From Anaerolineae bacterium (GTDB taxonomy: Bacteria; Chloroflexota; Anaerolineae; JAADDB01): a DNA stretch of 61,063 nucleotides. Under the pieces are notes generated by a model that was given only the letters and a program-made list of their open reading frames with translations, did not search any database and was not told the DNA's origin. The stretch lies in contig WFQU01000049.1 of assembly GCA_015486845.1 (NCBI GenBank), positions 1-61,063 of the forward strand, given 5' to 3'. Both the position numbers and the translations under genes were made by a program. Positions 9,855-20,402 of the stretch are shown one piece after another. The number at the start of each line of letters is the position of its first letter. The first letter of the stretch is position 1.

Positions 9855-10120
9855 TCCCCGGCGATCTATGTTAGCCGAGGCTGGTTTACGTTAGGTTTTG
9901 CGGTAATGGCGCAGGTTCCACAATTGTTGTAGCGTTTTTTAGCGCTGGTTTTTATGGCAGCGATTTTGGAGTTCCCTGAAAAAAGCAGTGGACCGTAGAA
10001 ATCGTTGAGAACGCTGAACAGGAACGAAGGTTGTAAAGACAAAAGTCTCTTGCAGACCCATGATTTTTCTCTCTGTGCGCCTTACGTTCTTGGTGGTACC
10101 AATTCTTGTAGTTGATTTTT
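9855..10120. repeat. Degenerate repeat-module remnants between convergent genes
   Basis: CCCTGAAAAAAGC (reverse junction-like) and a decayed match to the module at 43654-43706. Confidence 0.45.
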
Positions 10121-10142
10121 AGATTTCTTGGTTTATGTTCAC

Positions 10143-10766
10143 TTATATTTTTCCGGCGACCTCCTGGTCTAACCGTTGGAAGAATGCCACCATATAACGG
10201 TGGCGCTCTTCAGCAATGTGACGGGCAATGTCAGTATACAAACGATCTTTAACCCTGCGGAGCTTGAAAACGAATTCGTGCACCGGGGTATACGCGATGG
10301 CTGTTGGTGTTGCTTCTGCCTCGGCCTGCGCTACCGGAACAGTCCACAGCGGCGAACCGTGTTCCCCGGCATAGACAAAGGCGCGGGCAATACCGATGGC
10401 GCCGATTGCATCCAGGTTATCCGCGTCGCTGAGGCATTTCGCTTCCAAAGTGGCTGGCTCCGGTGGATAACGGAAGCGGTGTGCTACAATGCAGTGAGAA
10501 ACCGCTGTCACGAACGCTTCCGGTTCCCCTGCTAACAATTCTGTCGCCAACCGGGCACCGACAAGGTGATGACGGGCCCTGTCGACACCAACACCGACAT
10601 CGTGCAATAGCGCAGCCGTCCGCACGACGGATACATCAGCACCTTCAGCTTCAGCAATGCGCTCTGCCAAGCGCAATACGCGCAAAACGTGGCTGAAATC
10701 GTGCGCTGCGCCGTGTTCACCGTAAAGCAGCCGCGCCTTTTCAACAGTTAATTCCATGCTTCTCAC
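10143..10766 (-). CDS. HD-domain phosphohydrolase
   Basis: [32 protein letters not shown]. Confidence 0.9.
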   Translation of the reverse strand: MRSMELTVEKARLLYGEHGAAHDFSHVLRVLRLAERIAEAEGADVSVVRTAALLHDVGVGVDRARHHLVGARLATELLAGEPEAFVTAVSHCIVAHRFRYPPEPATLEAKCLSDADNLDAIGAIGIARAFVYAGEHGSPLWTVPVAQAEAEATPTAIAYTPVHEFVFKLRRVKDRLYTDIARHIAEERHRYMVAFFQRLDQEVAGKI

Positions 10767-13267
10767 CGAATGATACTTTCGATTTTCTGCTGGAATGTAT
10801 AGAGCAGATTCTTGACATCTTCCTCATTATCCCCTTCGACATCAATGTGGAATACGGCTTTATCCGCATCTGGCCGCATCAACACCCAGCGCCGGCCGCC
10901 TAAGAAAACTTTGACGCCGTCCAATGTCTGCACGTTGTCGCTTTTGTAGGTCTCGTTCAACACGCGCATGACCTTGCCTTTATGCGCCCAGGGCGTATCT
11001 ACCTGCACGCTGCCGACCCAATGGGGTGGCAAGGTGTCCCGCACATCGTGTAGCGTCGTTTGCTGCACGGCCATAGTTTCTAACAACTGCGCTAAAGCCA
11101 TCATACCATCCACTGCAGGGTGGAATTCTGGTACAACGAAATTGCCGCGGCCATCCATCGCCAGTATTACATCCGGTTCTTGCGATTGGCCCATCAAATC
11201 GTGCAAATCGTATTTACAGCGTATAACGCTGCCGCCGTAACGCTGAGCGATTTCGTCTAAAGCAGTGGGCATTGTTACTGTGGCCACCAGTCGTTTGCCC
11301 GGATGTGACCGCATGATGAGCTCAGCCAGCACTAAGGCTGTTTCCATTGAAGAGAGCGGCTGCCCATCTTTGCAAACGATGAAAAGCTTTTCGCCGCTCA
11401 CATCCAGTTTCGCGCCAAAGGAAACATCCTGCAATACTTTCGTGATAGCGCCTAGTTGGTATAGCCCCGCCTGAAACTGTTCTTCTAGAACAGCTAATTT
11501 GGTTTCGGAGGGGTGGGCGTTTAGAGGTACTTGCTCTACCGCCAGACTTTGTAACAGGGCCGGCAAGATGCTGCTACTGGTACCATAGCTGTAATCTACC
11601 ACTACTTTATATTTTCTATTCACGATGGCATCATTGTTTACCGCAGCTAGAAAATCTTTCTCATAATGGGAAAGCACGCCTGGCGCGTATTCGATAAGAC
11701 CAATCTCGTCCATATACGCCCGTCGGAAATCCTCACGAAAATAAATGCGCTCGATTTTGCGTTCCACTGCATTGCTCAAGTCTAAACCGGAGCCGTTGAA
11801 AATGTGAATATCCACCACGCGTTGATCAAAAGGAGATAGCCGCACATTAATGCCGGCGACTGCTTCGGTTTGACGGGTATAGTAACGCGCCACTGGCCCG
11901 GGTACGCTGGCTAAATCCCAAACGTTCACGCCGGCGGCCGGTAGGCCGGCAATAATAGCTCGTTTCAACATGCGCGAGCTGCGGTGCACATCCCGATTAA
12001 TGGTAACCCATGATCCTTTTGGGAAGTGGGCGCCCACTGCAGCGCCAACTTTGGCCGCCATCTCCGGTGTTAAATCTACGTTGACTACGCCGCTAATCCC
12101 AAACCGACCAAAAAGCGTGCGCCGCACCCGGCTGCCCCAAATTATACTCTCATGAACTTGCGCTCCGCTTTCCACCTCTTTTTTGGGCCAAAGACGCACA
12201 TTCTCGTAAATGATGGCATTCTCGTGAATGATGGAGCCATCCGCGACCACACTGCCATCGTGGAGCATTGCCTTGGACTTAATCGAACACCCCCGCCCAA
12301 CAATGGTGCCCGATAGCTGTACATCCTCACCGATGTAGCACCCTCGCCAAAGAATAGAGTGCGTCACCTCTACGCGCGAGTCGATGATTGTGTCATTGCG
12401 GATAACCGTTGGTCCATCGATGTGGACGCCTCCTTTGATGCGTACTCCCGGGCCTAAATAGATGGGGCCTTTGAGGATGGCGTCCGGGGCAATTTCTACG
12501 TCGTCGCTGCCTAACCATACATTGTCGCCCCAGTGCCGGCCCAGCGGTTCTAAATTCACCCGTCCTGACAACAAATCGCCCGTAGCACGCACGTATTCGT
12601 TGATATTGCCGACATCGGTCCAATAACCATTAGCCACGAAGCCGTACATGCTGCCCGGTTGCGAAAGAAATTGCGGGAAAATGTCATTGCTCCAATCCAC
12701 CGGTTTCCCCGGCTTGATCAAATCCAGTACTTCCGGCTCGATCACGTAAATGCCGGTGTTCACTTGATCCGAGATCACCTCACTCCAGCCGGGCTTCTCT
12801 AAAAACTGCGTAATCTGGCCCGCATCATCGGTGATCACTACACCATATTCCAGCGGCGTTGGCACGCGATATAGCGTTAGCGTCACTTTAGCTTTTTTTT
12901 CTTTGTGGAAGGCGATAATTTGGCCTAAGTTAAAATCGGTCAAAGCATCGCCGCTAATTACCAAAAAAGTATCATCCTGCAATAACGACGCGGCGTTTTT
13001 GACACTACCGGCTGTTCCTAACGGCGTCTCTTCTACAGCGTACTGAATGTTCATACCCCAAGCACTGCCATCACCGAAAAAGTCATGGATCATATCGGCC
13101 ATGTACATGGTTGTCATTACCACATCCGTAATGCCATATCGCTTCAACAAGTCGAGGATATGTGAAATCATCGGTTTGTTCACCATGGGCACCATGGGCT
13201 TTGGCCGATCTTTCGTCAGCGGACGCAGTCGTGAACCTTCTCCTCCCGCCATCACCACAGCCTTCAT
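10763..13267 (-). CDS. Mannose-1-phosphate guanylyltransferase with phosphomannomutase-like C-terminal half
   Basis: [25 protein letters not shown], hexapeptide repeats, then a PMM/PGM-type region (LFGRFGISG). Confidence 0.9.
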   Translation of the reverse strand: MKAVVMAGGEGSRLRPLTKDRPKPMVPMVNKPMISHILDLLKRYGITDVVMTTMYMADMIHDFFGDGSAWGMNIQYAVEETPLGTAGSVKNAASLLQDDTFLVISGDALTDFNLGQIIAFHKEKKAKVTLTLYRVPTPLEYGVVITDDAGQITQFLEKPGWSEVISDQVNTGIYVIEPEVLDLIKPGKPVDWSNDIFPQFLSQPGSMYGFVANGYWTDVGNINEYVRATGDLLSGRVNLEPLGRHWGDNVWLGSDDVEIAPDAILKGPIYLGPGVRIKGGVHIDGPTVIRNDTIIDSRVEVTHSILWRGCYIGEDVQLSGTIVGRGCSIKSKAMLHDGSVVADGSIIHENAIIYENVRLWPKKEVESGAQVHESIIWGSRVRRTLFGRFGISGVVNVDLTPEMAAKVGAAVGAHFPKGSWVTINRDVHRSSRMLKRAIIAGLPAAGVNVWDLASVPGPVARYYTRQTEAVAGINVRLSPFDQRVVDIHIFNGSGLDLSNAVERKIERIYFREDFRRAYMDEIGLIEYAPGVLSHYEKDFLAAVNNDAIVNRKYKVVVDYSYGTSSSILPALLQSLAVEQVPLNAHPSETKLAVLEEQFQAGLYQLGAITKVLQDVSFGAKLDVSGEKLFIVCKDGQPLSSMETALVLAELIMRSHPGKRLVATVTMPTALDEIAQRYGGSVIRCKYDLHDLMGQSQEPDVILAMDGRGNFVVPEFHPAVDGMMALAQLLETMAVQQTTLHDVRDTLPPHWVGSVQVDTPWAHKGKVMRVLNETYKSDNVQTLDGVKVFLGGRRWVLMRPDADKAVFHIDVEGDNEEDVKNLLYTFQQKIESIIR

Positions 13268-13411
13268 TGTTAGCCTCCCTTATTTTAGTAACCTATCACA
13301 TGAAAAGCGCACAAACTCATCAGCATAACAACAGGAATATGGACAATTTAACTATATTCTACTACAATTTCACTCTATCAATATTGAGCTATCCAGCAAA
13401 GGAGTTATATC

Positions 13412-14362
13412 ATGGAAACAGTAAAATATTGTCCTATTTGTGGACAGCGCTTGGAAATGCGCATGATGAGCGATCGAGTACGGCCGGTCTGTCCGAACTG
13501 CGGTTTTGTTTATTACATGAATCCGGCTGTTGCCGCCGGCACACTGGTAGAGGAAGATGGCAAAGTCCTCCTTATTCGTCGCGGTGTTGAACCACGCAAA
13601 GGCTATTGGGCCTTGCCTGCTGGTTACGTGGAAGCCGACGAAAGTGCCGAAGAAGCAGCCGTCCGCGAGACTAAGGAAGAAACCAATGTCCCGGTTGAAC
13701 TCGATGAACTTCTGGGTGTTTATTCTTTTGGACAATCAGTCGGTGATCGCGGTGTGCTCATCTTATACAGTGCTCACGCCACGCCGAATGCCCAGCCGCC
13801 TCATCCCAGCGACGACGCTACCGAAGCACGGTTTTTTGCTCCGGCGGAGCTTCCCCCTAATGAGAATCTGGCTTTTGATAGCCACAGATCTGCTTTAGCA
13901 GAGTGGCGCCGCGCTCGAGCCGTCTCCTATCGCATCGCTGTCTCAGAAGATAAACAAGCCATTTTTACTTTAGCACAGCAATTTAAAGAGCCTATGTTTC
14001 GGTCGTCGCTCTCTGACAGTAATGGCTGTCAGTTCATTTTAGCTTGGGATGTCAATCAATTAGTCGGGTTTGCCAGTCTGAGCTTGCACCCTATTTCGGG
14101 CGATGTGCGGCTCAATCAGGTTTTCGTGGTGCCAAGCCATCGTCGTTGGGGGATTGGGAGCCACTTAATACAACATGCTATTGATCATGTTCGCACCGTT
14201 GGGAAAAACCGCCTTTTCGCTGAAATCCCGACTAGTAATACCGGCCTGGTCGTTTACATCAAGAGTGGTTTTCAGGTTTCAGGCTTCATGAACCAGGCAT
14301 CACCCCATCGCTATCCCGAAAACCAGCCAGTGCTCTTTCTTACTTATAATGTAAGCAAATAA
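13412..14362 (+). CDS. Zn-ribbon/NUDIX hydrolase fused to GNAT acetyltransferase
   Basis: CPICG..CPNC, Nudix box GYVEADESAEEAAVRETKEET, GNAT motif A VVPSHRRWGIGSHLI. Confidence 0.85.
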   Translation: METVKYCPICGQRLEMRMMSDRVRPVCPNCGFVYYMNPAVAAGTLVEEDGKVLLIRRGVEPRKGYWALPAGYVEADESAEEAAVRETKEETNVPVELDELLGVYSFGQSVGDRGVLILYSAHATPNAQPPHPSDDATEARFFAPAELPPNENLAFDSHRSALAEWRRARAVSYRIAVSEDKQAIFTLAQQFKEPMFRSSLSDSNGCQFILAWDVNQLVGFASLSLHPISGDVRLNQVFVVPSHRRWGIGSHLIQHAIDHVRTVGKNRLFAEIPTSNTGLVVYIKSGFQVSGFMNQASPHRYPENQPVLFLTYNVSK

Positions 14363-14384
14363 TTTCGCTTGACGGGACTGGAAC

Positions 14385-14500
14385 TAAAAAGCTTGACGCC
14401 AAGGCGCAGAGATGAAGTTTATTTCAAGGAAGTTGGGGACAGGCGTAAGAGCGTAACGTGTGTGGTCCCTACAGGACGACTATCTATTCCTGATTCCTAA
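14385..14500. repeat. Degenerate repeat modules with junction TTTATTTCAAGGAAG
   Basis: TTGACGCC..AAGGCGCAGAG resembles 30394-30430 and 32521-32559; junction-like motif at about 14418-14432. Confidence 0.55.
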
Positions 14501-14792
14501 CCTCCGCTCTTTTTCTCCCCGTCTACCGCGTTTCTGTGCAAGATCTTGGTCTTGCACAGAAGAATTTCACTAGAAAGATACTATATTATAGCACAACTTC
14601 CTATTAACATTAAAGAATGCGTAACGGTAACTAACAATTCCAAAGGCCCTGTATCTGGCGAAAAGGCGTTTTGTATTCCACCCAGGGGGTGCTATACTTC
14701 CTTGTTCATACCAAACAAGCTAAACTTGGCATGAGCAAGTGTGAAAAACAACTGTCTGTTCTACTAAGGAACAGAGTTAATGAGGTGAATGT

Positions 14793-16277
14793 GTGTTATT
14801 ATTACCCATTCTATATGCCATTGCTAGCTATAGCTTAGCGCTGTATGGATTACAGGCGTTGCTGCTGACAATGTTCTATATTTGGAAAGAAGTGACGAGG
14901 GTCGAGCCATTAGTTGCGGTTCCCAAGGATTGTGAGTGGCCGATTCTCACGATTCAGTTACCCATTTACAACGAGAAGGCTGTGGTTGAACGCTTATTGT
15001 TTGCTGTAACCAGTTTAGACTATCCCCGGGCTCGGCTACAAATTCAGGTGCTGGATGATTCCGATGACGAAACGACACGTGTTTTGCAACAAGAAGTACT
15101 GTATTACCGGAAGCAAGGTTACTGGATTAATCTGATGCGTAGGCATGACCGGACAGGCTTCAAAGCGGGCGCATTAGCGACTGCTTTTGTCCAAGTCAAA
15201 GGAGACTTCATCGCCATCTTCGATGCCGACTTCGCACCGGCACCTGATTGGGCGCAAAAGAGCGTGTTAGCGCTTATTAAACATCCGGCCTGGGGGTTCG
15301 TGCAAACTCGCTGGGGCCACTTGAATGCGCCGGCTTCCTGGCTTACCCGAGCCCAGGCCATCGCTCTGGATGGCCATTTTGTCGTCGAGCAGGGCGCCCG
15401 GTCCGCTTTCGGCTTGCCGTTTGGCTTCAACGGTAGCGGCGGTATTTGGCGGCGGCAGACCATCGAGGACGCCGGCGGTTGGCAAGCCGACACGTTATGT
15501 GAAGATTTAGACCTGAGCTATCGTGCCCAATTGCGAGGTTGGCAGGGTGGTTATCTGCCTGATGTCGTTGCGCCGGCGGAGCTGCCACCATCCATGAGTG
15601 CCTGGAAACAACAACAATTTCGTTGGGCCAAAGGCTCGGTACAGGTTATGCGCAAAGTCGGTGGCGACATTCTGCGGGAAAAAAGCTGGTCATGGACGGT
15701 GAAAATAGCGGCATTCTGGCATTTGAGCGGCTATATCTCACATTTGTTCTTGCTCTTGCTTTTAGCGCTACTCTTGCCCATGATCCAATTCCACTTGCCT
15801 TGGGTGCCTTTTTTAGCGCCAATAGGCTTGTTGGGCTTCGGACCTATCCTACTTTATGTCGTTAGCCAGCAGCAGTTATATGACCAATGGCTTCGCCGCT
15901 TGCTTGCTCTGCCGTTTCTATTAGCTGTTGGCGTGGGTCTGGCTCTCAACAATAGCGTGGCTGTACTCGAGGGGATCATCGGGCAAGATTCCCCTTTCCG
16001 GCGTACCCCCAAGTATAATTTGTCTGGCGCTAACAATGGTTGGGTCGGTCGCGGTTATGCGCCGCCGGTGGATCCGCGCACGGGAGGGGAGCTTCTTTTA
16101 GCCGGTTACGCTTTAGTAACGTTATGGGCCGCCTGGCGAGCAGGAGACTGGCTACTCATGCCATTTATCAGTTTATTTGTGATCGGGTTTGCCTGGGTTG
16201 GGTGGCAATCGCTGCGTGAACGCCGTGTAGCCATTCGCTACACCCGCCAGGCTGCCGTACGCCGGTCGCTGTCGTGA
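14793..16277 (+). CDS. Membrane GT2 glycosyltransferase (cellulose-synthase-like)
   Basis: QVLDDS, GFKAGAL, IFDAD, CEDLD and QQFRW motifs; C-terminal TM helices. Confidence 0.92.
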   Translation: MLLLPILYAIASYSLALYGLQALLLTMFYIWKEVTRVEPLVAVPKDCEWPILTIQLPIYNEKAVVERLLFAVTSLDYPRARLQIQVLDDSDDETTRVLQQEVLYYRKQGYWINLMRRHDRTGFKAGALATAFVQVKGDFIAIFDADFAPAPDWAQKSVLALIKHPAWGFVQTRWGHLNAPASWLTRAQAIALDGHFVVEQGARSAFGLPFGFNGSGGIWRRQTIEDAGGWQADTLCEDLDLSYRAQLRGWQGGYLPDVVAPAELPPSMSAWKQQQFRWAKGSVQVMRKVGGDILREKSWSWTVKIAAFWHLSGYISHLFLLLLLALLLPMIQFHLPWVPFLAPIGLLGFGPILLYVVSQQQLYDQWLRRLLALPFLLAVGVGLALNNSVAVLEGIIGQDSPFRRTPKYNLSGANNGWVGRGYAPPVDPRTGGELLLAGYALVTLWAAWRAGDWLLMPFISLFVIGFAWVGWQSLRERRVAIRYTRQAAVRRSLS

Positions 16278-16280
16278 AAA

Positions 16281-16827
16281 GGTCTTATTTTCAGAGAGGA
16301 ATCGACCTGGGCCTGTGGCGCACCAAAGCGGATGAAAATTTACGACTGGCGTCAAGCGTTTAGGCAGCTTGGCAGCGTCAACACCGGCTAAAGCCTCGAC
16401 GCCGGTGTTGGGGAAAGTGCAGCGCTTCGCTAATAAAGATGTCATCAGGCTTATTTTTTCGCCATTATTTTTTATCTGCGTGCGCAGCCAGCGTTAATCT
16501 GCGTCCTATTTTATTTTCAAGGGAGTTATCATGGGCCTACGGCACACCACAGCGAATGAAAACCTACGGCTGGACTCGAGCCTTTAGGCGGTTTTGTAGC
16601 GTTACCCCCGGCTAAAGCCTCTACTCCGGCGCAATGGGAGCTATTTTCAGGGGAGAATCTGTTACTAATTTCTTGACCATTGTTTTTTTATCTGCGTGCG
16701 CAGCCAGCGTTAATCTGCGTCCTATTTTATTTTCAAGGGAGTTATCATGAGCCTACGGCACACCACAGCGAATGAAAATTAAGATCAGCGTGCATCAGCG
16801 TTAATCTGCGTTCTATTTTCAGAGGAG
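16281..16827 (+). repeat. Mosaic repeat array with three full bipartite sites and two half sites
   Basis: Full sites at 16286-16339, 16512-16562 and 16728-16779; half sites at 16642-16655 and 16814-16827; about 16462-16562 is nearly duplicated at 16678-16778. Confidence 0.92.
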
Positions 16828-16833
16828 ACAAAA

Positions 16834-17124
16834 ATGACGCGTATCGGCATTGGTATTGTGTTCATCATCATAGCCGGGTTTTATCCGTTTGCGGCCATGC
16901 TCCGGCTAAACAAACGGTTGGGCCGGCCGGATGGCCCAGGTCGTAACGAATTGATCGCACTCATGGTGATGCACAGCGCGTTGCCATTCGCCCTTGCTCT
17001 CATCGGTATGGGCGTGATGATCCATCGCCTGTATATCGCCCCGGCCTACCGGATCAGTGTGCTTTTCTTGTTACTGCTGGCCGCCGCAGGCGGTGGCCTG
17101 AGCCGACGGTGGAAAAAACAATGA
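16834..17124 (+). CDS. Small hypothetical membrane protein
   Basis: Three hydrophobic segments, AGAGGAG SD, ATGA coupling to next gene. Confidence 0.7.
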   Translation: MTRIGIGIVFIIIAGFYPFAAMLRLNKRLGRPDGPGRNELIALMVMHSALPFALALIGMGVMIHRLYIAPAYRISVLFLLLLAAAGGGLSRRWKKQ

Positions 17125-18248
17125 TTCCGTCAGAACACGTCTGGCGCGTGGCCATTGTACACGACTGGCTCAATCAAATTGGCGGTGCGGAGTATGTTTT
17201 GGAAGTGCTCAAAGAGATATTTCCGGCTGCGCCGGTGTTCACCAGCATTTATGATCCCAAGCGGATGCCGGATGCTTACCGTCAATGGGAAATCCATACT
17301 TCGTGGTTGAACAAACTGCCGGGCATAGCAGCCCACCATCAATGGTACTTGTCCCTCTTCCCGTTGGCATTCGAGGAATTCGACTTCAGCGGCTTCGACT
17401 TAGTCATCAGTAACAAAAGTGCCTTCAGCCACAGCGTTATCACGCCGCCGGAGACAGAACATATTAGCTACTGTCTCACGCCGACCCGCTTCCTGTGGCA
17501 ATATCAAGCTTATCGACAACGGGAAGGATTAGGGCGCTTGGCTAACGCGCTTTTTAGGCGGACGCTGCACAACCAGCGCCAGTTTGACCGCTTAGCGGCT
17601 GACCGGGTCGATCATTTCATCGCTATTTCCCGGGCCGTACAAGCACGCATCCAAAAGTATTATCGCCGGGAAAGTGTGGTCATTTACCCGCCGGTGAACA
17701 CAGATGCTTTTCAGCCCACCGTTCATCCCAGCGCCGACTATTTCTTAGTCTCCTCACGGCTAATCCCATACAAACGGATCGACTTAGCCGTCCAGGCGTG
17801 CACGAACCTAAACCTACCACTGGTTGTGGCGGGAGAAGGGCGGGATAGTGCTTACTTGCGGCGCGTGGCCGGCCCGACGGTACGATTTCTTCCCCGGCAG
17901 CCGCTGGCCAAATTGCGCACACTCGTGCAAAATTGTCGTGCTTTCCTCTTCCCCGGCCTGGAAGATTTCGGAATCACGCCGGTGGAAGCGATGGCCGCCG
18001 GCCGGCCGGTGATCGCATTTGCCGGAGGTGGCGCGTTGGATACAATTGTAAATGGTGTTACTGGAGAGTTCTTCCACGAACCGACTGTGGAAAGTCTGGT
18101 GGACGTGCTACAATCTTTCGATCCGGCGGATTACGATCCGGCCGCCTGCCGGGCACAAGCTGAGCAATTCGCCAAGGAAAAGTTTCAAGCGAAACTGCTG
18201 ACTTTTATCAACGAAGTCATGGAACGCAGAGCGCAGCAAAGGAAATAA
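17121..18248 (+). CDS. GT4 glycosyltransferase
   Basis: VHDWLNQIGGAE, RLIPYKRID, EDFGITPVEAMAAGRPV. Confidence 0.92.
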   Translation: MIPSEHVWRVAIVHDWLNQIGGAEYVLEVLKEIFPAAPVFTSIYDPKRMPDAYRQWEIHTSWLNKLPGIAAHHQWYLSLFPLAFEEFDFSGFDLVISNKSAFSHSVITPPETEHISYCLTPTRFLWQYQAYRQREGLGRLANALFRRTLHNQRQFDRLAADRVDHFIAISRAVQARIQKYYRRESVVIYPPVNTDAFQPTVHPSADYFLVSSRLIPYKRIDLAVQACTNLNLPLVVAGEGRDSAYLRRVAGPTVRFLPRQPLAKLRTLVQNCRAFLFPGLEDFGITPVEAMAAGRPVIAFAGGGALDTIVNGVTGEFFHEPTVESLVDVLQSFDPADYDPAACRAQAEQFAKEKFQAKLLTFINEVMERRAQQRK

Positions 18249-18249
18249 C

Positions 18250-18933
18250 ATGGAGCTCAAATTATACTGGAAAATCTTCTGCCGGCGTTGGTGGCTAACG
18301 GCACTTATTGTCTTCTTGGCTGCTCTAACCCTACCGTTCCACCAAAACCTGCCGCCCTCCTATCACGCCGCAATGCGTTTCTTAGTAGGCGTCAAGCCGG
18401 ACATCACCTCGCCTAACGCGTACGATTACGATCGCTATTACACCTGGCGGACGGCGGAATATCTCATTGACGACTTGAGCGAAGTGGTACGGGGCAGCGT
18501 TTTCAGCCAGGCCGTGCAACAGCAGTTACAACAAGATGGTGCTGCCGCCAAGATTGCGGCAGTGACTATCCAGGGTAGCACGCAAACCAGCAAACTGCAC
18601 CGGTTGCTCCATATCGGTATTGATGGGCCAAACAAGTCTGACGTGAGCGCCATTGCTGCGGCCACACAGAAAGTGTTGGAAAACGAAGTTACTCGTTTCT
18701 TTCCCGAGGCGTACGCTCGGGGAGCGACAGTCATCCTGGTGGATGGGCCGCACATTAGCCGCAACGCACCGGGCCTACGAGAAAAACTGGCCATGCCGAT
18801 GCGTCTCTTTTTAGCGTTGTTGGCCGGATTGTTGGGTGAATTCCTATTGTACTATTTAGATGACCGCATTTGGGAACGGAGCGACCTGGAAACATTTGGC
18901 TGGACCGTGATCGCCGAGATACCCCGTAGTTAA
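18250..18933 (+). CDS. Wzz/CpsC-like polysaccharide co-polymerase
   Basis: MELKLYWKIFCRRWWL, two TM helices, YLDDRI..DLE..G.TVIAEIP tail. Confidence 0.75.
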   Translation: MELKLYWKIFCRRWWLTALIVFLAALTLPFHQNLPPSYHAAMRFLVGVKPDITSPNAYDYDRYYTWRTAEYLIDDLSEVVRGSVFSQAVQQQLQQDGAAAKIAAVTIQGSTQTSKLHRLLHIGIDGPNKSDVSAIAAATQKVLENEVTRFFPEAYARGATVILVDGPHISRNAPGLREKLAMPMRLFLALLAGLLGEFLLYYLDDRIWERSDLETFGWTVIAEIPRS

Positions 18934-19062
18934 ACGGAGCAGCCTGCCCCGGCAAAGAGCTTGCCGCACACAGGACAACAATGGTAAAATATCGTGGTCA
19001 ACCGGTTGGCGGGAAAGCTTGGGGATGCTATCAAGATATCACCTCTCCAAGGAGGGAAATTA

Positions 19063-19740
19063 GTGGAATTTAAAGAATATTATGCTATTTTGCGTAAACA
19101 TGGCTGGATCATCGTTGTATTAGCCCTGCTTTCCGGCGTAGCCGGCTATAAACTGAGCAGCTTACAAGAACCGCTGTATCGAGCTTCGGTGCAGGTGCGG
19201 ATAGAACCCGTTGGCCTGGATTGGGGCCGAGCCAATGCTGTCCAGGTGTTGCTGCACAGCTACCAGGTACTTATTAAGAGCCATCAAACGGCCCAACAAG
19301 TCATCAATCGCGCCCAGTTGGATATGTCCACCGACACGCTGCTCAGCCAGATGCAAGTTAGCCCGGATGAGTCTAATTTTACGATTCGCATTGACGTGGA
19401 AAACCGAGATCCCCAAGTGGCTAAACAGATCGCCGAAACGACGGCCAATGTTTTTATCGCTAACCGCCAAGCCTGGAACCAAAATCAACAACGAAATAGT
19501 CAAGTGGACGTATCGATAAGAGATTACGTGCGCCATGTTCCGCAAATTCGTCCTAAGCCCAAAATCAATGCCTTGGCCGGGCTCATTTTAGGTGGTATCG
19601 TCGGCATACTAATCGTCTTACTTTTGGAATGGATCGAAGCGGATATCCTGCGCACGCCAGAAAAAGTGGAACGACAATTAGCCTTGCCGGTGCTGGGCGG
19701 CATTCCGTCTTCCAAAAAAGCTGAAGGGAGCCATTCATGA
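19063..19740 (+). CDS. Wzz/CpsC-like polysaccharide co-polymerase
   Basis: Two TM helices, PKPKIN Pro motif, VERQLALPVLGGIP tail; GTG 19063 follows AAGGAGG. Confidence 0.82.
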   Translation: MEFKEYYAILRKHGWIIVVLALLSGVAGYKLSSLQEPLYRASVQVRIEPVGLDWGRANAVQVLLHSYQVLIKSHQTAQQVINRAQLDMSTDTLLSQMQVSPDESNFTIRIDVENRDPQVAKQIAETTANVFIANRQAWNQNQQRNSQVDVSIRDYVRHVPQIRPKPKINALAGLILGGIVGILIVLLLEWIEADILRTPEKVERQLALPVLGGIPSSKKAEGSHS

Positions 19741-20396
19741 ACCTCATCACTTTACAAGACAGCCGTTCGCCTGTGGCTGAGGCATACCGTACTTTGCGCA
19801 CGAATTTAGAATTTGCTAATGCCGAAGCGCCGTTGCGCAGTGTCGTGGTCGCAGCGCCCACGGCGGAGCCGGATATTGCTGAGCTGGTGGCTAATTTAGG
19901 CGTTACGTTTGCCAAGACCGGCCGCAAGGTCATTTTGGTGGAAGGTGACTTGCGGCAGCGAAAATTGCACACCTTTTTTGGATTGCACAATGATGTTGGT
20001 TTGACCTCGCTGGTGCGAGAAGGTAGCACTTTGGAAGCAGCGTTGCAAGAGAGCGGCGTGCCTAATGTACAGGTGTTGACGGCTGGGCCGGCGACAGATA
20101 GTCCTACAGATATTTTGGACGCTCGCCAGCTTGAAAAAGCGTTGGATCGCATGCACGAAATAGCGGATTGGACTCTTTTTACCGCGCCACCGCTCTTGAC
20201 TTTTAGTGATGGCGTCATTTTGGGGCACCACGCGGATGGTATTTTGTTGGTCGTGCGTGCTGGCAGAACGCACCGCAGCGCCGCGCTGCGCGCCAAGCAA
20301 ATTTTAGAACGGGTTCATGTGCGCCAGATTGGCGTTGCCATGCTTAATAGCCCTGTGCAACGCGACGCAATAGATTACATCAAAAGTAAAGGATAA
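19737..20396 (+). CDS. CpsD/CapB-like tyrosine-kinase homologue with degenerate Walker motifs
   Basis: SPVAEAYRTLRTNL, ANLGVTFA, ADGILLVVRAGRT; no GK[ST]. Confidence 0.85.
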   Translation: MNLITLQDSRSPVAEAYRTLRTNLEFANAEAPLRSVVVAAPTAEPDIAELVANLGVTFAKTGRKVILVEGDLRQRKLHTFFGLHNDVGLTSLVREGSTLEAALQESGVPNVQVLTAGPATDSPTDILDARQLEKALDRMHEIADWTLFTAPPLLTFSDGVILGHHADGILLVVRAGRTHRSAALRAKQILERVHVRQIGVAMLNSPVQRDAIDYIKSKG

Positions 20397-20402
20397 TCGG
20401 GA

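Noticed and set aside
10763-12130. PMM-like domain lacking the SHN phosphoserine motif
   Set aside because: As I recall, this is usual for this guanylyltransferase fusion family, so not a novelty
16281-16827. CRISPR array
   Set aside because: Repeats are degenerate, spacing is irregular, the spacers are themselves repeated hairpins, and no cas genes are present
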